Of a stretch of 64,000 bases of DNA, positions 13,261 to 27,257 are shown in pieces. Positions within the stretch are counted from its first letter, which is position 1. Each line of letters begins with the position of its first letter. This stretch comes from Eledone cirrhosa. Its lineage: Eukaryota. Position numbers and translations under genes: made by a program. The DNA is taken from NCBI GenBank assembly GCA_964016885.1, contig OZ024742.1:287308001-287372000 (forward strand), given 5' to 3'. The notes beneath the pieces are model-generated. The model searched no databases. It was not told where the DNA came from and saw only the letters and a program-made list of their open reading frames with translations.

Positions 13261-13325
13261 ATGGATAATGTTTTCGCAGAATTTAAATTTTAAAGAAAGT
13301 TTCCGCTCCCGCCTTCTGTTGTTTT

Positions 13326-13365
<40 letters not shown>

Positions 13366-14139
13366 GGCAGGAAGGTATACGATGCTGACGATAGCTAATA
13401 AGCTTGAAACTAGTACATCGTTCCTGTGTCAGTGCTGAACAAAAAGGTGACGTGGTTGCCTAAACACTGTACGGCGTAATTCGGGTTGTTTGTTTGTTTA
13501 CAAACAAACAAACCGAGCATTATAATAAATGTTCGGGAAACCGATACGTGCATATACATATGTGTGCATGTATGTATATATATACATACTACTGTACGTC
13601 TGTATACATATATGTATGTACGTATACATACATACATACTTACATTTAAGTAAGTGCCGTACTAAGAGTGAGAAATGAAATTTCGTTTCATTCTATTCCA
13701 TTTATATATATATATATATTGAAATATCGGACCAGGATTCAAAGGAAACGATAGTTGCAAATACTATCACCATACCATACCATCTCAAATAAAGCGTAAT
13801 TCTTCCCTGGAGTATAAATATTATGGCTATCATATCCTTATTCAGGGTATTGCAAGAAAACTGATATATTTTTACCAGGGTGGTCTGAAATACCTTGTAA
13901 CAGCTGGCGAATAAAGAGAATACTCTGCATATAATTTATCCAAAAGAAAAATATAAAAGCACATCTCCTTTTCCTGACTAGCAACATGTGTTCTGTCCCT
14001 GCTTGCTTTTCAGTTTTTTTCTCACATATTTTCCTTTTTCTTCTCTCTACCATAGACCTCTTCTCCAATGAAAGACTAGCGTCCGTCGCGTTAAGACGCT
14101 TTTAAAACTAAATTTAGCGACATACTAATATACAATTGT

Positions 14140-14205
14140 AGAAGAAGAAGAAGAAGAAGAAGAAGAAGAAGAAGAAGAAGAAGAAGAAGAAGAAGAAGAA
14201 GAAGA
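14140..14205. repeat. (GAA)n microsatellite
   Basis: Direct tandem repeat. Confidence 0.95.
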
Positions 14206-14359
14206 AATATCACAGAAATCAGCCTGTTTGTTTACAGAAAAGTAGAAGAGATGCTGCAATTGATTATATGGCTGTACAGATCAAAACTGTTTCTTCTTTT
14301 AATCACGTAACTCTTAAGGGGGTTTTACTGACGCTATATTGACTTACGGAGTTTCTATG

Positions 14360-15680
14360 GCATTTTAAAACCTGACGGTGGCCTATCTCCTCTGGAGGTC
14401 TGAATACAACATATTTCTTCCAGAGAAGAATAGAGAATGGAAGTGATAAAGATATATAGAGGAAGAATTGACCCTAGTAGTAGACTGGTACTTTTTTTAT
14501 CGATCTCGAATGGATGATAAAGCCATACGAAGCCTATAGAATGAGAAAGAAAGGTATGAGAATGACATATATTGCCTACAAGAAGGTTTTCACCAGGATT
14601 CTCCACATTTGGATCCTAGAAATATTAGCCAAGAATATGGTAGCACCAATAAGATATAAATGCATTAAACATATCATGAGTAAATGGCTAACAATTATGC
14701 AGATAGAAACAAAATGAGGAATTATAAAAAGTAAAAAAGAATTATTAGCAGAGAAATATTTAAACGAAGATCTTTTCTTCCAGTCTTTTTCTGCCTGGTG
14801 TTAAACTTGACTAAACTCGGATACAAATGCTATGCTTTGTATATGGACGACCTCAAGTTATACGTTGCAGATGATAAACACTGCTGCAGATAGCACACAG
14901 ATTTAAAAGAAGAACCGGCAAGAAATTCAGATTCGAAAAATGCATCAAAGTATCTTTGAATAAAGAAAAACTTATTAAGAATATTGATAATATAAGTAGA
15001 TAAAGAAACAGAGATAATGAAATTAGACCAGTCACAGACTTAGAAATACTTATGAAACAATGAACTAGACAGTGTACAACACAGAAATGAAAGGAAATAT
15101 TAAGAAAAAATATTACAGATGTATTAGATTGATATTTCTTAAAAATAGATAAATAAATAGAAATATAGGTATCAAGATGCTAACTATTTCAGTAACAAGT
15201 TAAATCTATATTTTCAACTGGACACTAAACAAATTAGGAAGGGAAGACAACAAACAAGAAAAAATAGCTGCCTTTAAAACACACCACACAAAATTGGATA
15301 TAGAAATATATTTGCCACATATATTAACCAATATAATATATACACTGTAGGACTATCAATGTATCTAGTAAAGAACAATTGAAAACTAATACAAGTAGCT
15401 ACAAAATACTAACAAAGCAAATTGTTGTCAAGTAAAGAAAGAGCTTCCTAAAGTGTCAGTCATAAGAGATGATAATATATATATATAAAAAATGGCGACA
15501 TTATCCCAAGAAGAGACGTTACCAGAATGTAGAGACTGAAAATAAAACAATCACTATAATAATAGTAACCTTGCGAATGATTACAAAAATTTCACATAAA
15601 TACATTATAGAAACCTCAAGATTTATAAATACAATATACAGAAGTAACATTAATAGACACTACACACATATTACGTAGAG
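14360..15680 (+). pseudogene. Decayed R4/Dong-type LINE RT region
   Basis: HIWILEIL and LYMDDLKLY remnants with many indels. Confidence 0.6.
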
Positions 15681-15707
15681 TATTTTCAATTTAATAGAAA
15701 GTATTAA

Positions 15708-16117
15708 AACCTCGGGTTCCAAATAATAGGGGCGTGGAAAGCGCGGGGTTAAAATCGGTAATATTTCTAGGTTGTCTCTTTTGATTTACCCCCCCCCCCC
15801 CCCCCTCCAATTAGTCGTTTAGTTTACATATTGAGACCCCCAACCCATCCTATATATTCTATAACGTATGGTATTTATAATTTCTAGTAATGTACTTTTT
15901 TGTAATGTATAAGGTTTTTTAATGTCTGAAGAAAATTAATTGTCGCAGGAATGCTACCACTTAAAATAAAATTTCGTTGGAGATAGATTAGCAAAATTTA
16001 ATAGGCGGTGGCTTGGAGTAAGAGCGGGGGAGTGGGATCTGAAAAATTAATAAGAGGCGAGTGGGATCTGAAAAATTGATAAGCGGGAGAGGGATTATTA
16101 TTCGAGACCCGAGAGTA
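15708..16117. mobile_element. MITE with TACTCTCGGG-type TIRs
   Basis: CTCGGGTTCCAAATAAT ... ATTATTCGAGACCCGAGAGTA; homologous to 27258-27627 in reverse. Confidence 0.7.
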
Positions 16118-16599
16118 AAACCAGAAGAATATATATATATAAAATGTTAGCAAACACTCGTACATTGATGAATGTGCAAGCACATTTTCGCATATACAAA
16201 TATCTACAAAATAATCTCGAAACCTCACACCCACTTATTCACAAATCTCTGTAACTGTGTTAAGTTTAACGAAGAAGCTTTGTCACTTTGTAAGTAATTG
16301 GCTCGAATTCTGTGTAGAATTATTTAAATATATTTCAAGGAAAACATACATAGAGAAATGAATAAATTATACTATACGCACTCGCTCGATTTATTAGAAA
16401 TAGTAGCCAAATATTTCAAATCACACCATGTTGTCTTGAAAACAGGAAGGGTACATTGGCTAACGTATTTATAGATATTTTGAATGAATGGCTCTGTCTG
16501 TTTTGTTTTTGATCTTAGGTGTGCTCGAGTTGAAAGATGTGAGTCTGTTTGTGTTGCTCGTATTTGGAAAATCTCATCATATCCAAGTATTTATAGATA

Positions 16600-16910
16600 T
16601 CGGTTGTTACATAGACTAGTGAAGGAGGAGGAAGAGAGAGAGGGCCTCCTTCGATCATAACTGACCTTTCCTCGGTAAGGTGTTTGTGGAAGACCATTAG
16701 TGACCCATGCATGTCTCCCACAACCTCAACGCTAAAGGAAAGCAAAGGCCGATACAGTTTGGCACCAGTATTGTCATAAAACTCATTTTTCCCAGCTGAG
16801 TGAACTGGAGAAACGTGGAAATTAATGTCTTGTTCAAGCACACAGCGCGCCGCCCAACCTAGGAATCGAACTCACGGCCTTTCGATCGTTAGTCCAACAC
16901 CCTAATTATT
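16600..16910 (-). mobile_element. tRNA-derived SINE (family 2)
   Basis: rc GTGAGTTCGATTCC B-box then GCGCGCTGTGTGCTTGA; similar to 24980-25165. Confidence 0.65.
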
Positions 16911-16983
16911 AGGTATAAATGAAAATCTATAGTCAGGATACAAGAGCTGTAGATATTGTAACAGGCTACGATACATGTTCTCT

Positions 16984-17147
<164 letters not shown>

Positions 17148-20100
17148 ATGATGTTCCAGAACAATATAAAAGAGATAATTGGCAATTTAGGTTCTGGAAC
17201 AAAAAAGATCATTGGCAATAAGGGCAGGGGCCCCAGGTTATCACAGCCTGGGCCCGCTCGTCATCGTGCCATTGTAATAGAGCCAAACAAGGCATTTAGT
17301 CTTGGCTGCTGGAACGTACGGACGCTGCTTGACAGGGATTCCTTGGGGCATCCTGAACGAAGGACCGCTCTTGTTGCAAAGGAGCTTCGACGTTACGATC
17401 TTGACATCGTGGCTTTATCTGAGACGAGGCTAGCTGGAGATGGTCATCTTACGGAATTTTGTGGAGAATATACATTCTTCTGGAAAGGAAGAGATGAAGG
17501 AACCAGAACAGAGGCTGGGGTAGGATTTGCTGTTAAGACTGTGCTTGTGAACAAATTAGAAGAATTCCCAGTAGGGATTAGTGAGCATCTTATGTCCATG
17601 AGAGTTCCGCTGGACAAGGGAAGATATGCTACCCTGGTGAGTGTGTATGCTCCAACTATGAGTTCTGTCGATGAGGAAAAGGTGTCCTTTTACCATGCCT
17701 TGAAAGGTGTTTTAAGAAATATCCCTCAAGCAGACAAAGTCATCGTGCTTGGTGACTTTAATGCTGGAGTGGGTAGGGGTTTAAACACATGGAATGTAAT
17801 CGGAAGGCATGGGGTGGGAAAGTGTAACAGCAATGGTATGCTCCTGCTACAGATGTGTGAGGAGCTGGATCTGTGTGTTACCAACACCATGTTCCAACAA
17901 AAGAACAAATTCAAGATCACATGGATGCATCCTGCATCTAAGGAATGGCATCTTTTGGACTACGTCCTAGTCAGGATGCGTGACAGACAGGATGTGCAGT
18001 GTGTTCGTGGTCTTCGTGGAGCTGAGTGCTGGACGGACCACCGCCTGGTACGCGCAAAAGTGAAACTAATCACTAAACGTAAAATCCGGGCTCCTGGTGT
18101 TGCCCTGCCCAAAAGATTGAATGCTGCTCGTCTTAAGGATAAAAATGTGAAGAGGACATTGGAAGAAGAGATGCAGGCTGCAGATCTTGGTGAGGATTGG
18201 CCGACCCTTAAAAAGTCGGTTTATGATGTAGGCAGGCGTGTTCTGGGATTGGCGCAGAGGAAACATCAGGACTGGTTTGATGAGAATGATGTACATATAG
18301 AAGACTTGTTGGCTGATAGGAGGCGTGCTCTGTCACGCTACTTGACGGCAAAACCACAGGAGAGGAATACGTTGCATGAGGAACTCAGGGATGTAAAATC
18401 ACGTGTTAGGCGGAGTCTTTCTCAGATGAAGGATCAGTGGTGGAGTGAGAAGGCTGGTGAGATACAAACTGCGTCTGATTGCAATAACACAAAGCTGTTG
18501 TACAGTCTCTTGCGTGAGGTTTATGGACCGTCTTCTTCTCTGGTGACACCGCTTCGCAGCAAGGATGGCAAAGAACTTCTTCGTGACTCACAAGGAATTC
18601 TACGAAGGTGGCGAGAGCACTTTGATGATCTTTTGAATCAGCCGTCTGTCGTCAGTGAAGATTTCCTCAATCTCATTCCAGAAAGTCCTGTGAAAGTAGC
18701 TCTCGCAGAACCTCCGACGCTTGTGGAGGTTGCAGTGGCTATTTCGAAGCTGAACAGTGGAAGATCTCCAGGTATGGATGGCATACATGCTGAGCTCCTA
18801 CAATATGGTGGTGAGAGACTCCTGCAACATCTTCACTCTTTGTTTGGCAGGATATGGGCTAATGAATCCGTACCTGAGGACTGGAGAGATGCAGTAATGG
18901 TGGTCTTGTACAAGGGAAAGGGTAACAGGAACGATTGTGGGAACTACAGAGGTATATCATTGCTTTCTGTCGTAGGGAAAGTTTTATGTAGGGTGCTTCT
19001 GGACTGTCTGCTGACACACATTGCGGATTGTGTTCTTCCTGAAAGTCAATCTGGTTTTCGTGCTGGACGCGGCACTACTGATATGATCTTCTCAGCTAGA
19101 CAGCTCCAGGAGAAGTGCATGGAACAAGGCTTGGATCTGTATCAGGTTTTTGTCGATCTGACAAAAGCTTTCGATACTGTTAACAGAGATGCATTATGGA
19201 AGGTTCTCCAGAAACTTGGTTGCCCTGATAAGTTCCTTGCTTTAGTTAGGTCTTTCCATGACGACATGAAGGCTTGGGTTAATGTCGGGGGTAACATGTC
19301 GGAGCCTATCTCAGTAAAAAATGGAGTGAAACAGGGGGATATTCCAGCACCGACCCTGTTTGCCATATACTTTGCAATGGTTTTCTGTATTGCATTCAGG
19401 AATTGCGAGCATGGTGTTTACATCCAATATAGAACTTCAGGCAGCATATTTAACATCAGGCGCTTTGCTGCGAAGACAAAAGTATTTACATCAATCATAA
19501 GAGACCTCTTGTATGCAGATGATTGCGATCTTGTAGCGCACACAGAGAGTGATATGCAGCACATTTTGAATACATTTTCTGACGCTTGCACTGCCCTAGG
19601 TCTGACTGTCAGTCTCAAGAAAACCGTCGTCATGTACCAACCTGCCCCTGGTAAACAGTACACTGAACCAAACATCTATGTGTATGGCAAACGACTTGGA
19701 GTGGTTGATCAGTTTGTCTACCTGGGAAGCACTGTCAATCGATACAGCAACCTTGACTGTGAAATCTCACTTAGGATTAAGAAAGCAAGTGATGCTTTCG
19801 GAAAGCTAGAAAGGCGACTCTGGGGTCGGCGAGATATATGCAGGAGGACAAAGGTAAAGGTGTACAGGGCATGTGTGCTCTCTTGTCTTCTTTATGCCTG
19901 CGAGACCTGGGTCACATATCGACACCACCTTAAGCAATTGGAGCGTTTCCATCAGATGTGTCTCAGACGGATCCATGGCGTTCACTGGAGGGACCACATC
20001 AGTGATGTCGAGATTTTGGAAAGCTCTATGTGTGACAGTATAGAAACTCTTGTGCTTAAGCAACGACTCCGTTGGAGTGGTCACCTTGCCAGGATGAAGG

Positions 20101-20693
20101 ATTCTAGAATACCAAAACAACTCTTTTATGGAGAGTTGGTTAAAGGAAAACGACCGCCACATAAACCAAAAAAGAGGTATAAGGATTCCTTGAAAGCCTC
20201 TCTGAAAGACGCTAACATCTCTGCTGATACATGGGAGAATATTGCTGCTGATCGTAATAAATGGAGAAAGACTGTATATGAGGGAAAAGTTGCCTTTGAG
20301 GCATCTCGAATCGCATACGAGAAAGTAAAGCGGGATGTGAGGAAGGGCATTGCTGTTGCACTTCCAGACGGCGAGGGTCCTCCTATGGTGCTGAAATGCA
20401 GCGTATGTGCGAGACTCTGCCTAAGCAAAGCTGGACTCGAAAGTCATCTTCGCAGTCATAAAGTAAGACCAGTGGTTGACTACCAGGCTGCTGTTGGAGA
20501 TGCTACTCATCATGCTTGCCAAACATGTGGTAGAGAATGTAAATCAGCAGGAGGGCTCAAGCGACATGCAAAAGTACACGAACTCCAACCACAGCCGACT
20601 ATTCCCAGTGAATGTTTTGGTTGCCGACTCTGTGCAAGACATTTTAGATCATTGGTTGGGCTAAAAAGCCACATTCGATCGCAGCGCTGTTAG
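17148..20693 (+). CDS. RTE-clade LINE ORF: APE endonuclease, reverse transcriptase, three C-terminal C2H2-type zinc fingers
   Basis: Uninterrupted ~1180 aa; [30 protein letters not shown]; [23 protein letters not shown]; CSVC..HLRSH, CQTC..HAKVH, CRLC..H. Start set at first ATG outside the microsatellite. Confidence 0.95.
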   Translation: MMFQNNIKEIIGNLGSGTKKIIGNKGRGPRLSQPGPARHRAIVIEPNKAFSLGCWNVRTLLDRDSLGHPERRTALVAKELRRYDLDIVALSETRLAGDGHLTEFCGEYTFFWKGRDEGTRTEAGVGFAVKTVLVNKLEEFPVGISEHLMSMRVPLDKGRYATLVSVYAPTMSSVDEEKVSFYHALKGVLRNIPQADKVIVLGDFNAGVGRGLNTWNVIGRHGVGKCNSNGMLLLQMCEELDLCVTNTMFQQKNKFKITWMHPASKEWHLLDYVLVRMRDRQDVQCVRGLRGAECWTDHRLVRAKVKLITKRKIRAPGVALPKRLNAARLKDKNVKRTLEEEMQAADLGEDWPTLKKSVYDVGRRVLGLAQRKHQDWFDENDVHIEDLLADRRRALSRYLTAKPQERNTLHEELRDVKSRVRRSLSQMKDQWWSEKAGEIQTASDCNNTKLLYSLLREVYGPSSSLVTPLRSKDGKELLRDSQGILRRWREHFDDLLNQPSVVSEDFLNLIPESPVKVALAEPPTLVEVAVAISKLNSGRSPGMDGIHAELLQYGGERLLQHLHSLFGRIWANESVPEDWRDAVMVVLYKGKGNRNDCGNYRGISLLSVVGKVLCRVLLDCLLTHIADCVLPESQSGFRAGRGTTDMIFSARQLQEKCMEQGLDLYQVFVDLTKAFDTVNRDALWKVLQKLGCPDKFLALVRSFHDDMKAWVNVGGNMSEPISVKNGVKQGDIPAPTLFAIYFAMVFCIAFRNCEHGVYIQYRTSGSIFNIRRFAAKTKVFTSIIRDLLYADDCDLVAHTESDMQHILNTFSDACTALGLTVSLKKTVVMYQPAPGKQYTEPNIYVYGKRLGVVDQFVYLGSTVNRYSNLDCEISLRIKKASDAFGKLERRLWGRRDICRRTKVKVYRACVLSCLLYACETWVTYRHHLKQLERFHQMCLRRIHGVHWRDHISDVEILESSMCDSIETLVLKQRLRWSGHLARMKDSRIPKQLFYGELVKGKRPPHKPKKRYKDSLKASLKDANISADTWENIAADRNKWRKTVYEGKVAFEASRIAYEKVKRDVRKGIAVALPDGEGPPMVLKCSVCARLCLSKAGLESHLRSHKVRPVVDYQAAVGDATHHACQTCGRECKSAGGLKRHAKVHELQPQPTIPSECFGCRLCARHFRSLVGLKSHIRSQRC

Positions 20694-20856
20694 TTGCTAT
20701 CGTGTGTGTGTGTATAGATATGCTTATGTGTGTGCGTGTGTGTGTATATATTTATTGTTGTTGTCGTTATTATTATTGTTGTTATGATTATTATTATTAT
20801 TATTGTTATTAATGTATGTGTGTGTATATGTGTGTGTGAGTGTGTGTGTGTGTGTG

Positions 20857-20897
<41 letters not shown>

Positions 20898-20990
20898 CTT
20901 CTTTTTTTTAAATTTATTTATTATTATTATTATTTTTTTTTTCTTTCTCCTCGTGCAATGGCCATACTCGATAACGAGGGGGCAGCCATC
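17148..20990 (+). mobile_element. Near full-length RTE LINE including microsatellite-rich 3' UTR
   Basis: ORF above; terminal GGCCATACTCGATAACGAGGGGGCAGCCATC followed by (ATGT)n; (TATG)n on 5' side. Confidence 0.8.
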
Positions 20991-21091
20991 ATGTATGTAT
21001 GTATGTATGTATGTATGTATGTATGTATGTATGTATGTATGTATGTATGTATGTATGTATCTATGTATGTATGTATGTATGTATGTATGTA

Positions 21092-21752
21092 TATTGCTCA
21101 CACCAACCTGGGGTATATGATTTTTAATGCGATGAAATACCAATGATGGTTGGAAAATCTCTGACGAAGGACTATTTTTATCATATGTAACCTATGTGCA
21201 ACCACGCAGTATCCTTCTTTCTTCTCATGTTTTTTATACATATTCACCTTGGCTGCGTTTGTCTGTTCCTCTCTTACTGCTTCCCCGTTCTCTCTGTTTC
21301 TCTCACTTTCTTTCGCCCCCTCTGTCAGTTACACTTTCTCTCGACTGATCGCTTCCTCGCACTTCCACTCACTCACTCTCTGTTTCTCCCCTTCTCACTT
21401 CCTCCCGTTTGGCTCACAGTGGGTCTCTTCTTGCTTACATCCCACTCACGCTGGACGTGTCTGTACCTTTCGCTCATGAAATCCACCCAGGTTATGCTGA
21501 CCAGGACTACCATGTTGCTTGTTTATTTCCTTTCTTTGGTTTGCTTTTATCCTTCTCTGTTGTTCACTTGTCTCCCTCGCTTTACGCGATTTACTGGTCC
21601 CAATAACTTTTTTTAGTTATTGCTCGCACCAACCTGGGGTATATGATTTTTAATGCGATGAAATACCAATGATGGTTGGAAAATCACTGACGAAGGACTA
21701 TTTTTATCATATGTAACCTATGTGCAACCACGCAGTATCTTTCTTTCTTCTC

Positions 21753-21760
<8 letters not shown>
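21092..21760 (+). mobile_element. ORF-less terminally redundant repeat (family D, period ~526 bp)
   Basis: 21092-21232 repeated at 21618-21758; other copies about 54943-55250 and 51060-51200 (reverse). Confidence 0.75.
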
Positions 21761-21803
<43 letters not shown>

Positions 21804-21851
21804 CGAGAGAGAGATTTCACAAGAATCAAAGCTATGTTCAAAGCATTTATT

Positions 21852-21898
21852 CACTTACAATTGTTTCATCCAAACCTAGGCTTGGAATCTTCGGACCA
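21852..21898 (-). ncRNA. Hammerhead variant (CCGAAGA core) at distal 3' end of PLE
   Basis: rc CCGAAGA tTCCAAG..TTTGGAt GAAAC AATT GTA; helix I weak. Confidence 0.5.
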
Positions 21899-22309
21899 TT
21901 TTTCAATGCTTGTACATATAATTGACTTCCTATCCAACGCAAGAGACATACAGATACATATATATATATATATTGATGTACAGTGGAGTGACATATATTA
22001 TACTATACTATATTTGTACAGCAATTAAAATTTAAAATCAAAATAAAATTAAAATTAAAATTAAAATTAAAATTAAAATACATGCGGCAGATAACACAGA
22101 TAATGTAAGAGGATAGTTTGATAATCAGATCTAGTAGGTAGTGTATGCGTTTGTCACACATGGAGCATGCAAGTGTGTCTCATTTATATACGATTATTGT
22201 GTGGCAAGGTGTTACATGTAATGCAAGCACTTTAAGCGGATAAGCAAGAGTATTATGGTGGTTGTAGTGGTAGGGTATTTTTTGTATAGATCAAAAAAGT
22301 ATGTGTGCA

Positions 22310-22385
22310 GAAAAAGAAAAAGAAAAAGAAAAAGAAAAAGAAAAAGAAAAAGAAAAAGAAAAAGAAAAAGAAAAAGGAAAAGAAA
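22310..22385. repeat. (GAAAAA)n
   Basis: Direct tandem repeat. Confidence 0.95.
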
Positions 22386-24572
22386 GTTATAGTTTTCGCA
22401 TCCATCACCATTTTCCCATGCAGAAAAGGAAGTTATAGTTTTTACATCCATCACATAAGTTACGATGATTTCGTATTGAATGTTTGTTGCATTAAATTAT
22501 TGTAGCGTATTGAGACTCTGTGTTACTTAATCCATATTTATAGAATAGGTTCTTTCTGCTGTGAGAATTTACAGTGGTTTATTACCCGGAAGTATGTGTG
22601 TAATTAAGGGGAGTTAATGCGTAAGGGGAGGTAACTAGCTGATTCTCATAGCTAAATTCATTGTTCTAACATACATTATATGGTGCCTCAATTGAGCCCC
22701 TTATATAAAAGGTTATATATTTATATCTAATTTTCAATTTTAAATACAGTCTACTCTATCATAATGTATTAGGTATCTATAGGAAGTTGATTACTCTTTA
22801 TTATATAGCGCTATAATTGAATTTCCCACACAAAGTGCTATATCTTTATATCAAAGTTCAGTGTAAATACAGTTTACTCTCAAAACATATCAGAGGGCCA
22901 ATTAGAATTTTGTCTACATAACCCCTGGTAAGCTATGGAGCAGCGTACGGCTGTTTGCATGATAAAATCAAATACATCTCTTGGGTAGACAAATACATCC
23001 CTCATTTACAATGTCATTAATCTATCCACCAAGTTATACATTCATATATAATTCATTGCACCGCCCTACATATAAGTTAGACAGATCCCTTATGTTAATA
23101 AATTAATCCTATATATATCTAATGTTATTACACCATACATTTAATTACAATTGCATATATAATTCACTGTCGTATCTAGTATAATATTTATATCCCTATA
23201 TAATTATAAGTAATTGAAAGTAATTATATTAAAAGTTGGTGTTTATGGGGATATTTCTAGGGTATAAAGTTATAGATAGATAGAATGATGTGTGTCGAGG
23301 GAAGGGTGGATCCGAGAGTGTGGTGTAGTGGTGTAAGGCATGCCCTTGAGGTGTGGTGTTAGAAGCGGTGATGGGTTCAAGTCTGACATTGTTATATATT
23401 GGGTTTAAAGTTTTGGAAGGAGTGTCGGAAGCGGTGCTGGCACGACGCAAAGACTTCCGATTTTTTATTAAGGAGGTTAAGGTTCGAAAAGATTATAGTA
23501 TGGGTCTCTAGTAGACAGAGGTTACAGAATTTATTAGGTGGTCTGTACGATGCCGCCTTACCTATCAGTTCCCATTGAAGTGTATATGATCTATTTCTAG
23601 TTTTCAGATAGTGTATGTAGCTAGATAGTGAAGTGGAGTTGGCTAGACTGTGTTTTTTGAAAGAATGGAGATGTGAATTGTATCTGGTTTTGAAGCAGAG
23701 CCTATATAGGTTTCAGAAGAGTTGCTGGTTCTAACCGTGCATGAGTAGATGATGTCCTTGATTAAGCAGTTTTTACCTAAAGGGCAGGTTCTATTAGATC
23801 TAAAGTTACAATTATTTTGGATGTTAACCTGTCGGTTATAATGTTGTGTAGAAGTCTGGTTGCTAGGTATTGCATTATGGCTATGGGGGTTGTCGCTCCC
23901 AATGTTATTGATTTCATTAGTGTTATTACTATTATTACTATTGATATCAGGGTTTGCAGATATTACGTTGTTTTGAAAGTTTACCCCCTGCTGTGTTTTA
24001 GTTTGTTGAAAGTAAGTATTAATCTTTCTTTTATTGCTACTAGCTATGTGGTATGCTATGTTAGGCGTGGTAGAGTAGGAGATTTTAATGGTGTTTTTAT
24101 TTATAAGACTATGGTACTTGTGGCCAGATGGGAAGTTTTTATCCAGGAGTGAGAAGAAAGCCTTAGGTAGGTTGGTAGAGACGTTTAGATTGAAAGGGGG
24201 GGGGGGGGGGTTGAAGAATGTATTAGTTCTACTATTTTCGTTTTTTATATCTGTTGAGGTGTTTCCGTTTATGGTATTTTGGTGTCTTCTCTGGTGTGAG
24301 TTACGTTTGTTGCTACCCTTCGTATTAGTGTGTGTGTGGTTATTACTCATTACTATTTTTCCTCATGGACATATTGTGAGAAATAATGTTTTAACTATGT
24401 GTTTTTATAGGTAGGAACTCGATCTCATTATTATGGCCTGATCTAGCTAATGCCTGATTATAGTATTGTGAGTTTGATATATATATATATAAGGAGCTGG
24501 ACATGTCGGAGTATTGACGGAGTAAAACACATTTGAACAACATGTGTACCTATCTCTACCACACCAATTCGG

Positions 24573-24627
24573 ACTGCCTGAAGAGGTTACAGCCAATGAT
24601 TGCTGTCACCGAAATATATATAGCAGT
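24573..24627 (+). ncRNA. Type I hammerhead ribozyme (family C)
   Basis: ACTGC CTGAAGA GGTTACAGC-caatgatt-GCTGTCACC GAAA TATAT ATA^ GCAGT. Confidence 0.85.
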
Positions 24628-24678
24628 ATATCTATAATTTATAATAAACGAAGCCAAATTTTACATATTTGACTTAAT

Positions 24679-24757
<79 letters not shown>

Positions 24758-24798
24758 GAGAGGTTTAATTTTTCAAATTCCTCTCCAACAGAGAAAAA

Positions 24799-24871
24799 TA
24801 ATTGTTTCTACTTTTGGCACAAGGCCAGCAATTAACCAATGCATTACTGGTACTTTATTCTATCGACCCCG
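24799..24871 (-). mobile_element. SINE family 1, 3' fragment
   Basis: Matches 4531-4602. Confidence 0.75.
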
Positions 24872-24979
24872 GCAAGAGAAAAATAATGACAACGGTTTCC
24901 TGCCGAAGAAAAAGGCGCCTTTATTGGAATTTGACATCAAATTTGTAATTTGTCCTGCTAGTCTGTATGTCTATAGTGA

Positions 24980-25360
24980 AGATGCGTGGCTTTGGGATTA
25001 GGGTATTCGGGTGGCAATCGTAAGGTCGTGAGTTCGATTCCCGGCGGCGCGTTGTGTCCTTGAGAAAAACTCTTTATTTCTCGTCGCTCCAGACTACTTA
25101 GCTGGTAAGAATGAGTTGTACCTGTAATTTGAAGGGTCAGCCTTGTCATATTCTGTGTCACACGGAGGTGCTCGACTGTCCGGGGTCCGAGTAAGCCTGA
25201 ACTCTCGACGGTGGCCAGTGCGTGGAACGTCGGATAGAATGCTTTGCAGTATTCATTTCGCCTCTCTGCTTTCTGAGTTCAAATCCCGCCGAAGTCAACT
25301 TTGCCTTTTATCCATTTAAGGTCGATAAAAAAGTACCAGTCTAGTAGTGGGGTCGATTCT
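24980..25360 (+). mobile_element. tRNA-derived SINE family 2 followed by a family 1-like SINE remnant
   Basis: GCGTGGC..GTGAGTTCGATTCCCGG; later GAGTTCAAATCCCGCCGA. Confidence 0.7.
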
Positions 25361-25457
25361 TCCTCTATATCTCTTTCTCACTCTCTAACCTTCTCTGGAA
25401 GAAATCTGGTGTATTCAGACCCGGTTACGTTTAAAAATCCCTAGAAAAGTTACGGGT

Positions 25458-25560
<103 letters not shown>

Positions 25561-25895
25561 CATACATATATGTATGGGCCCATTTATATTTATGTATGTA
25601 TGCAAAAAGTAAACAGAAATAACAAAAAAAACCTCTCACTCTCTCTCATATAAAACACAAAGATAATTACACAGTTGAAATGAAGGTTATGTCAGATATG
25701 TCAAATGGTTCAAGGGAGACGACTATTTATTTTGAATTGTTTTGTTTTAATATTCTAATATTCGACATCACAGTCGGTAATTATGTCAGCACGCATATAC
25801 ACATCCCTGTATATATATATGTATATATATATACATACACGTATATATATATATATATATAAGTGCGTGTATGTGTGTGTGAGAGAGAGTATGTA

Positions 25896-25933
<38 letters not shown>

Positions 25934-26059
25934 GTACGAAGCCGAATTTACAGCTTTTAAGCGCTGAGAATATATTGTATATAAGTATAAAGAAAGTGCT
26001 TAAGAGCAGAAATGCTATAAAGATAGATTATAAATAGGGTAAACATCCTTAATAGACGG

Positions 26060-26650
26060 AAGAACAAGTTGCCATCGCTATGAGGGATTAAATCAAGTAC
26101 CGCCCCTTCTTCCATCGCCTCCGGTGGTTTTTCGGTTAACCTAAACTTTTCTTGGTAACTTAAAACCTTTGTTGCTGACACTACGGTTTCACCTACCAAG
26201 TTATCGTCAATGTAGGAATTGGTGGCCCTTTTCACCTTGTCTACCTTTCCCAGAATGGTCTTGAGGGCGGTCGCCATGTTCTTCGGTGCCGAATTCAACG
26301 GCCCCCCCCCCCCCCCAAAAAAAAAAAACTTGTCAGGCAGTACGTCCGGCCCTTATACCTAACCAACTTATACTTCCATAGTTCCTCTGCCACGTATAGC
26401 TGTAGATATGCCGACTTTAAGTCAACAATCGTGGAGGCCCCCGTCATTTGTCTCCACTCTCGCAAGGTTTCCCCGCAGACATCTGTAACTTCGCTTCCTG
26501 TGTGGCACGACACATGTTCGTTCAGTTCTCGAAAGTCCAGAGCCGGTCAGAACTTGTTCTTCGTTGGCTGCACTACTGCTACTAATGGCAACACTCCGCT
26601 CTTTACCTGCTCCCCCCAAAGGATTAATATACTCTCCTCTGTCTAATACC
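26060..26650 (-). pseudogene. Gypsy-like LTR retrotransposon RT fragment
   Basis: IVDLKSAYLQL, RTYCLT, NSAPK, SYIDD. Confidence 0.75.
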
Positions 26651-27257
26651 AGATTTGGGCCCTAATATTTCTCATCTAACCTGAACCAGTAACTAGCTTT
26701 AGGGTCATAGATTTCTCATCTGGCTTAGGCCTGTGGTCAGCTTTAGGTAGTTTTCGCTTCATATCTGACCCATGCCTATTATGATACAACCCACTCTCAT
26801 GCAACATGTTCTAAATTTTCCAAAAATGTTTATATTAATTTTATTGAAGCTATCGCACTTTACTTGTTAATTTCTAGATTTAAAACAATTTTAGAATGAC
26901 TTTTTACCTACTAATTGCTTCTAGCATGGATTATCTTGTAAATTCATCAATTTTTTAATCTTAGTGTTAGTAAGTGTTTTCCACCTGAATTGCCCCGGGC
27001 CCCCCAAGGTCTAAACCCAACTCTGGCCGTGTGTATGAAATTAGATAGTCAAAAACTGTCGGATGGATTGTATGATACCTATAACTCAAAGGTCCAACCT
27101 AACCACATATTTATATTACGCTGATACGGATTGAGTTCAATTACACGTTAATACATGACGGTTAAATAATTGATTTTATTGTAGTTATCTCCCTTGCTTG
27201 TTGATATTGAATTTTATATTTTCTCAAAGGGTTATTTTTTTGTCGAAGTTTTCCAAC

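Larger units (their letters stand above)
21790..24470 (-). mobile_element. PLE 3' portion: linker + GIY-YIG (23460-24470) and long non-coding 3' region
   Basis: FFNPP, NKNTIKISYST, CNFRSNRTCPLGKNCL..IYSC..YIGS. Assignment of the non-coding tail is inferred. Confidence 0.7.
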
